The notes under the pieces are model-generated. The model searched no databases, had not been told where the DNA came from, and worked only from the letters and a program-made list of their open reading frames with translations. Positions 28,416 to 39,910 of a stretch of 64,000 nt of DNA are shown here, piece by piece. Where the stretch lies: positions 33,294,001 through 33,358,000 of the forward strand of contig OZ024752.1 of NCBI GenBank assembly GCA_964016885.1, read 5' to 3'. The stretch comes from Eledone cirrhosa (Eukaryota). Every line of letters begins with the position of its first letter. Positions within the stretch are counted from its first letter, which is position 1. A program made the position numbers and the translations under genes.

Positions 28416-28485
28416 ATGTTGAGGAGAATAATTTTAAGACTGGAGACAGATATTTTAAAATTTCTGAATTGGAATCAACCACCGA
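28416..28485 (+). CDS. MRPL32: Mitochondrial ribosomal protein bL32m, probable exon 1 (presequence)
   Basis: MLRRIILRLETDILKFLNWNQPP followed by gtaag donor; phase 1 matches the next exon. Confidence 0.8.
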
Positions 28486-28856
28486 GTAAGATTTAATTTT
28501 GAGATTATACATTTATATATTTTCAATTTTAATTGTTTTTATCTAACAACATTATTATAAAAGTCTTCAGAGTGTATTTGAAGCCCGAACCAACACGATG
28601 TAACATTCAACACACATTTCAATGTCATAGACACATTTGTTCAGTTTTATTTTAGAGAATATTATTATTATCTTGTCAAACTGCCGATCCCTATCAGTTA
28701 CATGTATTTCTATATGTTTTATTTTGTTTATTAAATCTGAAGACTGTCTACTTGTACGCTTTAATATCCTGATAAAAATAGAACTCATGGAACCTTATAA
28801 ATATAATACACCAATCGGGCACACACCAGAAGGGGCAATTGTCGTAATAGTCGTAT

Positions 28857-29100
28857 TTCTTCTTCGTCCACTTATTCCTGAGAGGGTCGTGGGGGCAGCG
28901 TCCTCAAACATGCCTTCCAGTAGGTCCTGTCAGAGGCAACCTTTTCCAAATGATCCGGCTGGATCCCCAAGCGTGACCAACCAAGCTCATGGTTGTTATC
29001 CAACCTTCTTGCTCGGGATCTACTCCTGGGTCTCCGCCGGTTCGTTTTGCCCATAAAACCTGTCCAGCGATTCTTTACTAAGAGATTCTAACCACATGCC
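28857..29100 (-). mobile_element. RTE LINE 3' fragment (second family; also ~45245-45556 + and ~56760-56995 +)
   Basis: RRPRSRSRARRLDNNHELGWSRLGIQPDHLEKVASDRTYWK...LPPRPSQE. Confidence 0.8.
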
Positions 29101-29799
29101 CTTTATTAAATAAATAAATACAGCGGATAGTACATTGCATTCGGTAACATACTTGGTAGAGTGGACGAATTATCTCAACAGATTACTGGTATTTTAGTGA
29201 CTGTAGAGAGATTAAAGATAAAGTTAAAGACTAGCGGGATTTGAAATCAGAACGCATAGGAATGACTTCAAATATTCAAAGACATTTAGATCGACTTTCT
29301 ACAGTCCTTGATTGATTAATATTTTGTTCTTGTTATCGTTAGTGGTCCGCCGTACCGAGGTTACCATGTGATGCCCATGAGAGGGTAGTTGGTTATTTTA
29401 GGGTCTTAGCCACGCTATCACCCGCGACAATGTTGTCAGACTGTTGGCTTGTCTCAAATTATTAAAGAGAGACTCCGGTGCCTCATGTTGTGGTATATGA
29501 TTCAGTGTGCGGCTCTTCTCAACCACACCCTCTATTTTTCCTTCATTTGATAAATTACAAAACAAGTAATTTATCAATGTTTAATACAACTTACATGGAA
29601 ATAATGGTAAATGGTGGAATTTCTATAATCGATTGAATGTCATGATTCCATTTATAATGATGGGAGAGTTCTCTCCCTTACTTAAACCGCAAGGCATCTA
29701 CCAGAAAGAGGGTGTTCAATGACAAGGCCCATTTACTTGTGAGTTTTTTTAACATTGAGTTATACTAATACATAAATTATGAATTCATTAATATTTCAG

Positions 29800-30039
29800 A
29801 ACCAGCTTTAGCATTCGCTACAGCAGATAAAGAAAATGGAGTTTACCAGAAAAACTCAAATGTCCTTGATTCTATATTGGAAAATATCTTGTGGGCTGTC
29901 CCAAAAAGTAGAAGATCGCTTGAAATACGCAAAACACGTAAAATGATGGAATTGAAACATTTTGAGTACGCAAGACCAAAGAAAAATATTATTGCATGTC
30001 TTCAGTGTGGACATTATCATGAAAATGACACTATCTGTG
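29800..30039 (+). CDS. MRPL32: MRPL32 exon 2
   Basis: PALAFAT...LENILWAVPKSRRSLEIRKTRK...KKNIIACLQCGHYHENDTIC (AVPK motif, first CxxC). Confidence 0.93.
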
Positions 30040-30098
30040 GTAAGACATTTTATTTTTAAATTTAATATAATTTCATTTTAAAAATAAGTGTCTTAGAT

Positions 30099-30773
30099 CA
30101 GTGCTTCTCAAACTATCTGATGTGGCGGACCGGCATTTTTTTTTTTTCAATGTGCCACGAACCGCTAATATTTCGTAGTAATATTAATTTATACCGGAAA
30201 AGATTTATAATGAATATAATTGTTTCTACTTTAGGCACAAAGCCAGCAAATACCCAGTGTATTACTGGTACTTTATGTTATCGACCCCGTAAGGATGAAA
30301 GGCAAAGTCAACCTCGGCGGGATTTGAACTCAGATCGTAAAGGGACGTAACTATGCTGGAAAGCATGGCGTCCGACCCTCTACCGATACTGCCAATCCAC
30401 CGGAAAAGATATATAATGAATATAATAATAGTTGACCATTTTTTTATCTTCTATTTATTTTGTAAACAAATAATACAATATCAAAACATATAAAAAAAAA
30501 GTAATATAAAAAATAACAAGCAATTTATTAACACAAAAATAAAAATTATATAACCTTAATCTTTACTAGGTGAAAGGTGAGCCTGCTTCTTCTTTGTCAG
30601 TTTATCCAGTTGTGGTTCAATTGAGGACAGTGCCACGTGCAATGGAGAATGAATATCCATATTATTCTTGTACTTTATCTTAATAACCAATTCCTCGAAT
30701 GATTCCTTAGCATGGCCTGGACACTGGCCGCGTACCGGCACCGGTCTGTGGACCACCACTTTGAGTAGCACTG
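30099..30773. mobile_element. hAT (Charlie-like) non-autonomous element with nested SINE at ~30220-30400
   Basis: TIRs cagtgcttctcaaa / tttgagtagcactg; 8-bp TSD tcttagat / tcttagag. Confidence 0.85.
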
Positions 30774-31119
30774 TCTTAGAGGATGTGATCAATTCAGTAA
30801 ACAATAATGCCATTAGCTATAGATTTGTATTGGGATAATCACTGGTTCAATACATTTTGGGGAGTAAGAGTAACAAAAGATTACCTATATATCCCAGGTA
30901 GAACAAACACCACACAGGATATTTTTTTCTTTCTTTCTTCTCACCAATGTGTACACCTTTCACTGATATTCATTGCCAAGATATACTCATACCTACATAA
31001 AGGGGTTGGTGTTAAAAAGGGAATTTAGCTATAGAAAACTTGCTGAACAAGGGGTTGTGAAGACCCTTCAGTTTATGACAAAAGACATAACAACTTCTCC
31101 TCTGCACTTGATAGAACGT

Positions 31120-31380
31120 ATCATCATCATCATCATTTTACGTCCGCTTTTCCCTACTTGCAAAAGGGTAGGATGGGTCCTATTCAGCACAGCATCTCTC
31201 CTTTCATCACGGTCCTTCATCATCTCTTCTGTGAGCTTCAGCGATCTGAGGTCAGTTCTCACCACCTCCACCTATGTTTTTCATGGTTTTCCTCTACTGC
31301 GTCTTCCTTCCACTGGGGTTTCTTGGCACTTCTTTACCCAGCGGTCATCCTCCATGCGCATCACATTTCCATACCAACAC
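31120..31380 (-). mobile_element. RTE 3' fragment (third family; also 50901-51318 +, 52766-53045 -, ~32980-33200 +)
   Basis: WYGNVMRMEDDRWVKKCQE...RTDLRSLKLTEEMMKDRDE; (GAT)n tail. Confidence 0.85.
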
Positions 31381-31645
31381 ACATAAGCAAGATGCAGATC
31401 CCTTGACCTGTCTGGGAGGTTAGTAGCTCCGCTCCAGTAGTGACTTGGTCTATGTAGACCTGACCAACCCTTGCTAGCACAGAAAGCAGATGTTAAATGA
31501 TAGTGATGATATATATATATATACATACACACATATGAGGCAATTGTAGAAGACACTTTCCCCAGGTGTTACATAAGGAGATTAAACCTAGAACCACCTG
31601 GTTGTAAAGCAAACTTCTTAAACACCCAGTAATATGAATCATGCA

Positions 31646-31832
31646 TGAGGGTCAGCTGAAAATTTAACAGGCTGGCCAAGATACTCTCATGAAAGGAATA
31701 AATGAGGTTTGTTTCAACATAGTCCCTGGAAAGAAACAATGCAGTTATTAATGAGAAGAGTTGAAATTAATTTCACAGCTCTAGCACCACTCCTTTATAG
31801 TCAGCCTATAAACTTTTCAACCCACCCTTGTA
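31646..31832 (+). mobile_element. mariner-type MITE (second copy ~50095-50297)
   Basis: TIRs atgagggtcagctgaaaatttaacaggctg / cagcctataaacttttcaacccacccttgta; internal sequence shared with the 50.1-kb copy. Confidence 0.7.
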
Positions 31833-32279
31833 TGTGTGTTTAGTGATCTGTTATATAAAACAAAGGTAAACCCAGAAACACTTGGTTGTAAAGCAAACTT
31901 CTAAACACAGTAATCAACCGTTTAAACGTCCATTTTTCCATGCTGTCGTGGGTTAGATAAGTTATCCTGTTATGAGCAGTACCAGATCAGGCATTGCTTA
32001 TCTTGTTGTGAGCAATGCCTGATCTGGCATTGCTCACAACAGGATAGCTCGTCTAACCCATGCCAGTGTGGAAAAATGGACGTTTACATGGTGATGATGT
32101 ATGTGTCTTTAGTGAAATGTTACACAATATCATCATCATCCTTGTTTAACATCTTTCCATGCTAACATAGGTTAAAGGTAGAGAAAATAAAATAAGTTGT
32201 GACTAAAAGATGATTTGTATTACAAGAAATATTTCAGTTTAGTACGGCTTTCATTGTTGTTTTTCTTTACATTGAACAG

Positions 32280-32488
32280 GTAACTGTTATGATAAAGTAC
32301 GACAAGAAACCAAATTAATGCAGCAAGCTTTTAATGATGACTTGAAATATTCTGCTCCCCAACGAGAAGTGGTGGTTCTTTATGAAGATGATAAACAAGA
32401 AAGTTCTCACAACAATAAATTTGTTGTGAAATTGAACAAAACCAGACCTTCATGGTTTGCTAAAAAATTATTAACTAAATACAAATGA
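32280..32488 (+). CDS. MRPL32: MRPL32 exon 3 (stop)
   Basis: GNCYDKVRQETKLMQQAF...EVVVLYEDD...KTRPSWFAKKLLTKYK*; completes the second CxxC; RPSWF motif. Confidence 0.93.
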
Positions 32489-33423
32489 ATTTTGAGCATG
32501 ATTTTTTTTTAAATTATTATTTTGTATTTAAATAAATGAGTAAAATGCAAATGCAGTAGTTATTGTGAATTTATTTCTTACTTTTCTATTCTTTATTCCT
32601 AAGATAGTAAAATACAGTGAAGTTGTTTCCCTCTATTTTATAGTGAAAGTTCTTTGGTAGTCATTTATAAATTATTTTCTTATTAAGTCTGGAGGAAAGG
32701 TTATGGTTCTTGGGAGCTTGCAAGACCAGTGAGGTTGTTGTTGAAGTAAGAGACAAGATTGACCTGGCCCCATTTGGGATGTTTTTAAGGTATTGTTTAA
32801 ATATACTTATTATTTTTTATAACAAGGTTAAGAATAAATAATATATATATATATATATCAATTTTTAAAAAATTATTTTGTGTTCAAGAATAAAAACTAA
32901 TGATAAAATAAAAATATGTATTTTAAAATGAGGCCCTTGAGGGTCTTTGGCTCTAAACTGTAGCTTATAGGTAAGTCCAGCACTGAAGAGGAATTGAATG
33001 ATGTTTACAAGCAAGATGGTTGTGTTGATATGGACATGTGATGTATACGGAGGATAACAGCTGCATAATAAAGTGCAGGTACTTGAGGTTGATAGAACAT
33101 GTGGAAGAGGAAGACCCTAGGAAAACATGAAACAATGTGGTAAAAGCTGATCTCATGAAACTAAACCTCATGATAGAGATGACAAAGGAATAAAATGATT
33201 AGTGATATGTGTACGTGATGAAATGAAGATTGAGAGGATGGGTTAGTAGAGATATATCTACATTTAGGAACCCTGCCAATATATTCCTTCCCCCTCCCTT
33301 GTCTCTCTGTCTGCCTCCTGTCACCCCCTTGATTTTCTTTCTATATAAATCACTCTTACCCACCCTCTTCCATATTCACTGTACATCCCTGCCCACATAA
33401 AGAGGGCCACTTTAGTCTTAATA

Positions 33424-34035
33424 TAATAATAATAATAATAATGAAATATTGTGTACAGTGCTCAGGTGCACTACAACTCATCAAAAAGTGTATGTATAGT
33501 ACATAGGGTAATGTACAATCAGGAAAATGAACAGTGCATGAGTCATGATACACACGTGTGCATGTGTATGGAAGGGGTACATCAGGTGTAGTTTTGGCGT
33601 ATTTCGGGAAGCATGAGTGTCTTAAAGGATGCAGTGTCTCGACAGCTAACAACCGATGCAGGTAGTTTGTTCTATGCTTCAGCAACTCTGAGCGTGAAAA
33701 AATGTTTACGAAAGTCATGGGAGCTGTGCTGTTTTCTGATTTTGTAGGCATGTCCACGTGTGTTAGACACATGGAGATCAAAAAGGTGCTCAGGGTTGTA
33801 ATTGGCGAGATGGTTAATAACTTTGTGGGTATTTACCAAGTCCATTGCCAGACGTCGAAGCTTCAATGAATCCATGCCCAGGGAAGCAAGGCGTTCAGAG
33901 TATGGTAGGTGTCTGATGGAGGGTATGCGCTTGGTTGCACGTCTCTGAACAGTTTCCAGGAGGTCAATGTTCTGAGCAAGAGAGGGGTTCCAGACTGATG
34001 ATGTGAATTCCAAGTGTGGTCGTACCATAGCTGTA
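33424..34035 (-). mobile_element. CR1-clade LINE 3' fragment with (TTA)n tail
   Basis: VRPHLEFTSSVWNP...LETVQRRATK...YSERLASLG...LRRL...TRGH...RKHFFTLRV; tail copy at ~39675-39800. Confidence 0.9.
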
Positions 34036-34232
34036 TAGTTTTAAATCTTGTGTATATCAACCAATCTTATGACTCCTCCCCACACTTTGAGCTGCCAGCC
34101 ATCACTCCCTTTCTTCAAGTCTACTTCCACTACCCACCACTCGTTCTCTCTCTCTGTCTCGTTCTGTGATAACTTCCTCAAGAAAAAACATGGTAAAGAG
34201 AAGATTTATAGTGAAGTCAATTAACCCATTAT

Positions 34233-37200
34233 ATATGTAGGGACCTTAAAAGGCCGCTCAAACGAGGTTGTAGAAATGCTTGAACGTAAGGAGGTTGATG
34301 TCTGCTGTATCCAAGAGACCAGGTGGAGGGGCGGGTCTGCTAGATTCATTGTGGGTAAAAAATGATGCTATAAGCTTTTCTGGGTGGGGTAGGAATCATG
34401 TTAGCAGAAAAATGGGTGGATAAGATAATAGACGTAAATAGAGTAAACGACAGAATAATTAAAATAAGACTTGTTCTAAATAGAACTACTGTGACGATAA
34501 TATCTGCGTACGCGCCCCAATCCGGACTGCCTGGCGTTATAAAAGACACTTTCTATGAGACACTGATGCTCACTACCTCCCAAATAGCCGACAGTGACTA
34601 TATAATTATTGCTGGCGACCTAAATGGTCACGTTGGACAACATTGTGACGGCTATGACGGAATCCATGGAGGCTATGGGTTTGGTACTAGAAATGAGAAA
34701 GGCTCCAGAATCCTGGAATTCTGTGATGCAAATAACCTAACAATCTGTAACACTAACTTCAAAAAACAAGACAATCACTTGATCACCTACAGATCAGGGG
34801 AACATACCAGCCAGGTAGATTATATCCTTACCAGAAGACGTGACAAAGTGACTGTTGTAAACACTAAATCCCTCCCCCATGAAGAATGCACCTCCCAACA
34901 TAGACTGATAATTAGCGACCTCATAGTCAGGACGAGACGTACTCGACAGCAGAAGAGGACTATCCTCAGGAGAAAAATATGGAAGCTAAAGGACCCCACA
35001 GCCAGAAATAAATTTCAAAGCATATTACTTGATGCTTTCGACAGTAAGGAAGAGCATTTAGAGTCGTACAATATAGAGGAACAGTGGGAATTCCTGAAAG
35101 CAAACCTGCTGATGGCGGCAGATGAAGTCTGTGGCCGGAGCAGGCCTATAGGTAGGAGGAGAGTAACATGGTGGTGGAACAGTAAGGTGGAGGAATCGAT
35201 TAAGGCCAAAAAGCAGGCTTGGAAAGTATGGCGGGATGGGGGGAAGTAGAGAAGACTATCAAGTGGCTAGGAGACAAGTGTATTTCGCAAGAAGGGAAGC
35301 AGAGGAAAGAAAGTTCAAGCATGTTCTACAACACGAGGACCAAAAACGTGAGGTGTTCAGGATTGCTAGGCAATGTGTCAAGGAAAACCGTGATATTGTT
35401 GGGGGAGAAGTGTGTACTAAATGATGATGGCGTACTCGCCATCACTGACGCTGATAAGAAGGTAGCTTGGAAGTGTCACTACGAGAGGCTACTAAATGAG
35501 AATAAATGGGAGAAGGATAGTCTCCCCCAGATCGATCCAATAAAGGGACCAGCAGTGTTAGTTGAAGGTAGTATAATAAGTAAGGCAATCAAAGATATGA
35601 AGATGGGTAAGGCGGCTGGGCCTTCGGAAATAGTTGCTGAGATGCTGAAGGCCTCTGGAATGGTGGGACACACCATGGTCACCCGGATAGTAAACCAAGT
35701 CATACAGAATGGGGTTGTTCCGAAGGACTGGCGTAGCAGCATCATCATTAACTGTTACAAGGGTAAAGGAGACGCCCTAGATAGGAGTAACAATAGAGGC
35801 ATTAAATTAATCGACCAGGTCATGAAGGTCACGGAAAAAGTAATAGTGCAACTAATCAGAGAGAGAATCGATCTAGATGAAATGCAGTTCGGGTTTGTGT
35901 CAGGCAAAAGTACCACAGACGCTCTTTTCATTGTACGACAACTACAGGAGAAGTACCTAGCTAAAAGTAAACCCCTATACTTAGCTTTTGTCGACTTGGA
36001 GAAAGCCTTCGACAGAGTCCCCCGTTCCATTATCTGGTGGGATCTTAGAAAACTAGGTGTTGATGAATGGCTTGTGAAAGCTATACAAGCCATGTATAAA
36101 GAAACAGTCAGCAAGGTTAGAATTAACGAATATAGTGAAGAGTTTAGTGTAAAAGTTGGTGTTCATCAGGGCTCTGTTCTTAGCCCCCTACTATTTATTA
36201 TTGCCCTACAGGCTATAACAGTGGAGTTCAAGACCGGCTGCCCATGGGAACTCCTATACGCAGATGATCTAATGCTCATAGCTGAATCAATGGCCGAGCT
36301 AGAGAAGAAATTCCAAACATGGAAGCACGGCCTAGAATCAAAAGGCCTTAAAATTAACCTGGCTAAGACTAAAGTTCTAGTTTGTAGGAAAGAAAATAAG
36401 GCGCCGGTCCCTTCCGGGAAATGGCCATGCTCAGTGTGTAGGAAAGGCGTAGGTAGAAACTCCATTTTATGTCCCAAATGCAAAGTATGGGTGCATAAAA
36501 GATGTAGTGGGATCACAGGTAAGCTAACTAAGAACATAGATTTTACATGTGGCCGGTGCTCTGGTGCAATAAGTAGCAGCAAGTGCCCACAAAATACTAG
36601 CTCTTTCAATTGCGCAGAAGGTTCTATAGAAATAGTGGACAGCCTCCGTTACCTGGGTGACAAAATCAGCAGTGGGGGAGGGTGCTCTGAAAGTACAGTA
36701 GCTAGAGTCAGAACTGGATGGAAAAAGTTCAGAGAGCTTATACCACTATTAGCCGCTAAAGGGTTCTCCCTAAAAATGAAAGGCAGGCTGTATGATGCCT
36801 GCATACGAACAGCAATGTTGCATGGCAGTGAGACCTGGGCATTGTGTGCAGAGGATATACGCAGACTAGAGAGGAACGAAGCTTGCATGCTCCGCTGGAT
36901 GTGTAATAGTAATATACGCGAACGGCAAAGCATAAATGAACTAAGGGAAAAATTAGAAATAAGAGGGATCAGATGTTGTTTAGTCGAGAGAAGGCTACGT
37001 TGGTATGGTCACGTGATGCGCATGAAAGACGACAGCTGTATAAAAAAGTGCAGGGCAATAAAGATAGACGGTAGCCACGGAGTAGGCAGACCCAGAAAAA
37101 CCTGGGACGACCTGATAAATTCCGACCTCACACACTTACACCTCTCCAAGACAATGTCACTGGACCGAGATCTTTGGCGGTACTCAGTAATAGAGAAGAC

Positions 37201-37630
37201 CCGCCTTACCTGAAATACAAAGTAAAACCTACTTCAGTCAGTAGGCATCTCTCACAACCCCCCCCCCCCCCCCCCCCATCCACACCGCCCCTTTCAATGT
37301 AAAGTTATGTTGGTGCCACAGCATCCAGGCCGAAACAAATGAGATCGTGTAGGTGTTACGACAAAAAAATAGAGTCCACGCTGTAATGAGATGATAGGGA
37401 CTGGGGTCCCTATCATTCCACTGCAAAGTGGTCGTGGAGGTGCCACGGCAAAAAAGCACCCAGCCCACACTGTAAAGTGGACGTGTAGGCGCCACGGAAA
37501 AAAAGCACCCACCACTCACTGTAAATGAGGTTGGTGTTAGGAAAGGCATCCAGCTGTAGAAATCAAGCCAGAATCAGTTCCCGTCCTACCCTTGCAAGCA
37601 GGGAAAAGCAGACGTAAAATGATGATGACG
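34233..37630 (+). mobile_element. Near-full-length RTE LINE: APE endonuclease, RT with PHD finger, 3' UTR; frameshifted
   Basis: VGTLKGRS..DVCCIQETRW, SAYAPQ, GDLNGHVG, SQVDYIL, SQHRL; QFGF, FVDLEKAFDRVP, GVHQGSVLSPLLF, LLYADDL; stop at 37213; (GAT)n tail; lesions near 34365-34390, 35240 and 35401. Confidence 0.97.
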
Positions 37631-37904
37631 ATTCCTAATTATTCTACTAAACCTACAAAGGTCAAATGAATATTTCAACAAGCCAGAATAGGAAATCACA
37701 ATTACACAATGTTAAATTAGATTACATGTATTGTAAATATTTTTTTCTAATTCTGTTTTTTAAAAATAATGTTATAGTTTCATATTTCACTCTCTCCCCC
37801 ATCCCTAAACTGTAATACTATTATGCTTTATCAAAAGTAACATATTTTCCCCAACTTTTGACAATGAATCATAAAGACCTCAATTTGGTTTCAAGGTTAC
37901 TTTA

Positions 37905-38682
37905 TCTATATATATAAAACTGTGGTTGTCTGTCTGTCTATCGATTTTTGGCACACATCTCCTCTTAGAATCTCTCACGGAATTGCACCGAAATTGCTAT
38001 ACTTGTACATTGAGCCCTAGCGAAGACATCGGAAAAAAAAAATTTCAAATTGACCCACCCTATGTGACGAAATCGAATATAATGTATCGATTTTTGAGCG
38101 TAAGTTATCAGTTATTTCCCTTTGTTCTGTTTACATTGAGCGTCTTACGTAAAAAATTACGCTGGCTTTCTCAGCTACACGAACAGTTGTCGAGCCAGCA
38201 AAATTCATCAGTTCGAACACTAAGCTTCCGTTTTGCTTCATTTCCATTTAAAAGCATTTTAAAACAATATTTTTACTTGAAAACAAGTCTATTTAAAGAC
38301 TACGTAAAACAAGCAAATATTTCAGGCGTGCAGACAGACAGTCGTGCAGAGAGGTGATATAGGCGTGCAGACAGACATAACTGATAATTTGGTTACGCTA
38401 ATGTTTTTCTCTGCGTTGCAGTGTTTACATTTTCGATCTTTGTTAATAAATAACCAGTGCAGTTTCTATCCCCAGCATCCTCTTTTGTTATAACATTCGG
38501 GTTATCGTTATGTTTTCTTAACTTCATAAGGCATATTGTTGGTTGAGGGAATATTAATCAAAAACACCACATGCAAGTCTGCACAGTAGACACTACAGTT
38601 TTTAAGCCAAGAAAGAAACTTAACATTGTAACTTTAACACAGCTACTGAGCGACCCCGAGCAACGCCGGGCTTTACTGCTAG
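37905..38682 (+). mobile_element. Non-autonomous Helitron
   Basis: A|TCtatatatataaaa start, subterminal hairpin cccgagcaacgccggg, CTAG|T end. Confidence 0.85.
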
Positions 38683-38888
38683 TACATCTATAAATGGAAG
38701 CTCGTAATAAACTGGTTTGTTTCACTTATGCCATCAATACTCTTAGGGGAAGGAATAAATACCCGAATATTCTACTGTAAATCTGAAGAATTTTATCAAT
38801 CTCACCCCTCAAACCTTTTCCCAATCTATAGCTATCATGATCATCAATGCTTCCATGTATTGGATGAAGCTCTCTGCATCACAAAACT

Positions 38889-39195
38889 CTCCATGAGGTT
38901 CAGCACCGTGAGAAATCACACTTCATCACAGCATATCTTCATGAGGTCCAGCACCTTAAGAGATCACACTTCATCACAGCATTGCTCCATGAGAGACCAC
39001 ACTTCATCACAGCATCTCTCCATTTACCATCTTTCCTGAGGTCCAGCACCATAAGAGATCACACTTTATCACAGCATTGCTCCATGAGAGACCACACTTC
39101 ATCACAGCATCTCTCCATTTACCATCTTTCCTGAGGTCCAGCACCATAAGAGATCACACTTCATCACAGCATCACTCTATTTACCATCTTTCATG
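38889..39195. repeat. Degenerate minisatellite (gaggtccagcaccataagagatcacacttcatcacagcat units)
   Basis: About six related units by inspection. Confidence 0.8.
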
Positions 39196-39576
39196 AATAA
39201 GAATTAGTATTAGTAGAATTACCATATATACTTGAATATAAGTCAAGGAATATCTGACCAAAAAATTTGTGATTAAATGAGGGGTGGGGGGCTTATATAC
39301 CCCTTCTAAACAATGTGTTGATTAGCTGCCTCGGTTTATAAATGGAGTTTGGATTTTTGCCTAATTCTCTGGCATAAAATGGGGGGTGGGGTGGCTGGCT
39401 TATATTCAAGTATATATGGTAGTATCTGTAAAAGAATTAGTATTTAGAGAAAAATCAAAAGAGAAACTTCAGCATAGGTTTAAGGAAGATCTTTTATTAT
39501 CATGGGAATTATATAACAAAAAAAAAGATAAAGATCTACTCGAAAGCTTTTAATACTGTTCATACACGAAAGGCAA

Positions 39577-39639
39577 CTAAATTTTTGGTCGTTCTTCTGG
39601 GAACTTTAGTTCATCGTATTTTATATTGGGTGAATAAAA
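39577..39639 (-). CDS. NDUFA4: Cytochrome c oxidase subunit NDUFA4, exon 4 (stop)
   Basis: FYSPNIKYDELKFPEERPKI*, cag acceptor. Confidence 0.9.
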   Translation of the reverse strand, partial: FYSPNIKYDELKFPEERPKI

Positions 39640-39910
39640 CTGGAAATAAAAGTAAAGAAAAAAAAATTAGAGTTTATAATAATAATAATAATAGTGAAAT
39701 TATTGTGTAAAGTGCTCAGGTGCATGTATAGTACATAGAATAATATACAAATGTCAGGGAAGTGAATAGTGTATGAGTCATGATATACATGTGTATGGAG
39801 TTGGTTTAGCCTTTTAGCATTTAAATTATTCTATATTTGCTATTGTATTTTCACAGTAAGCCCTTTATCTCACATAATATCGAATCTATGAAATTTTGAT
39901 ATTATTTATT

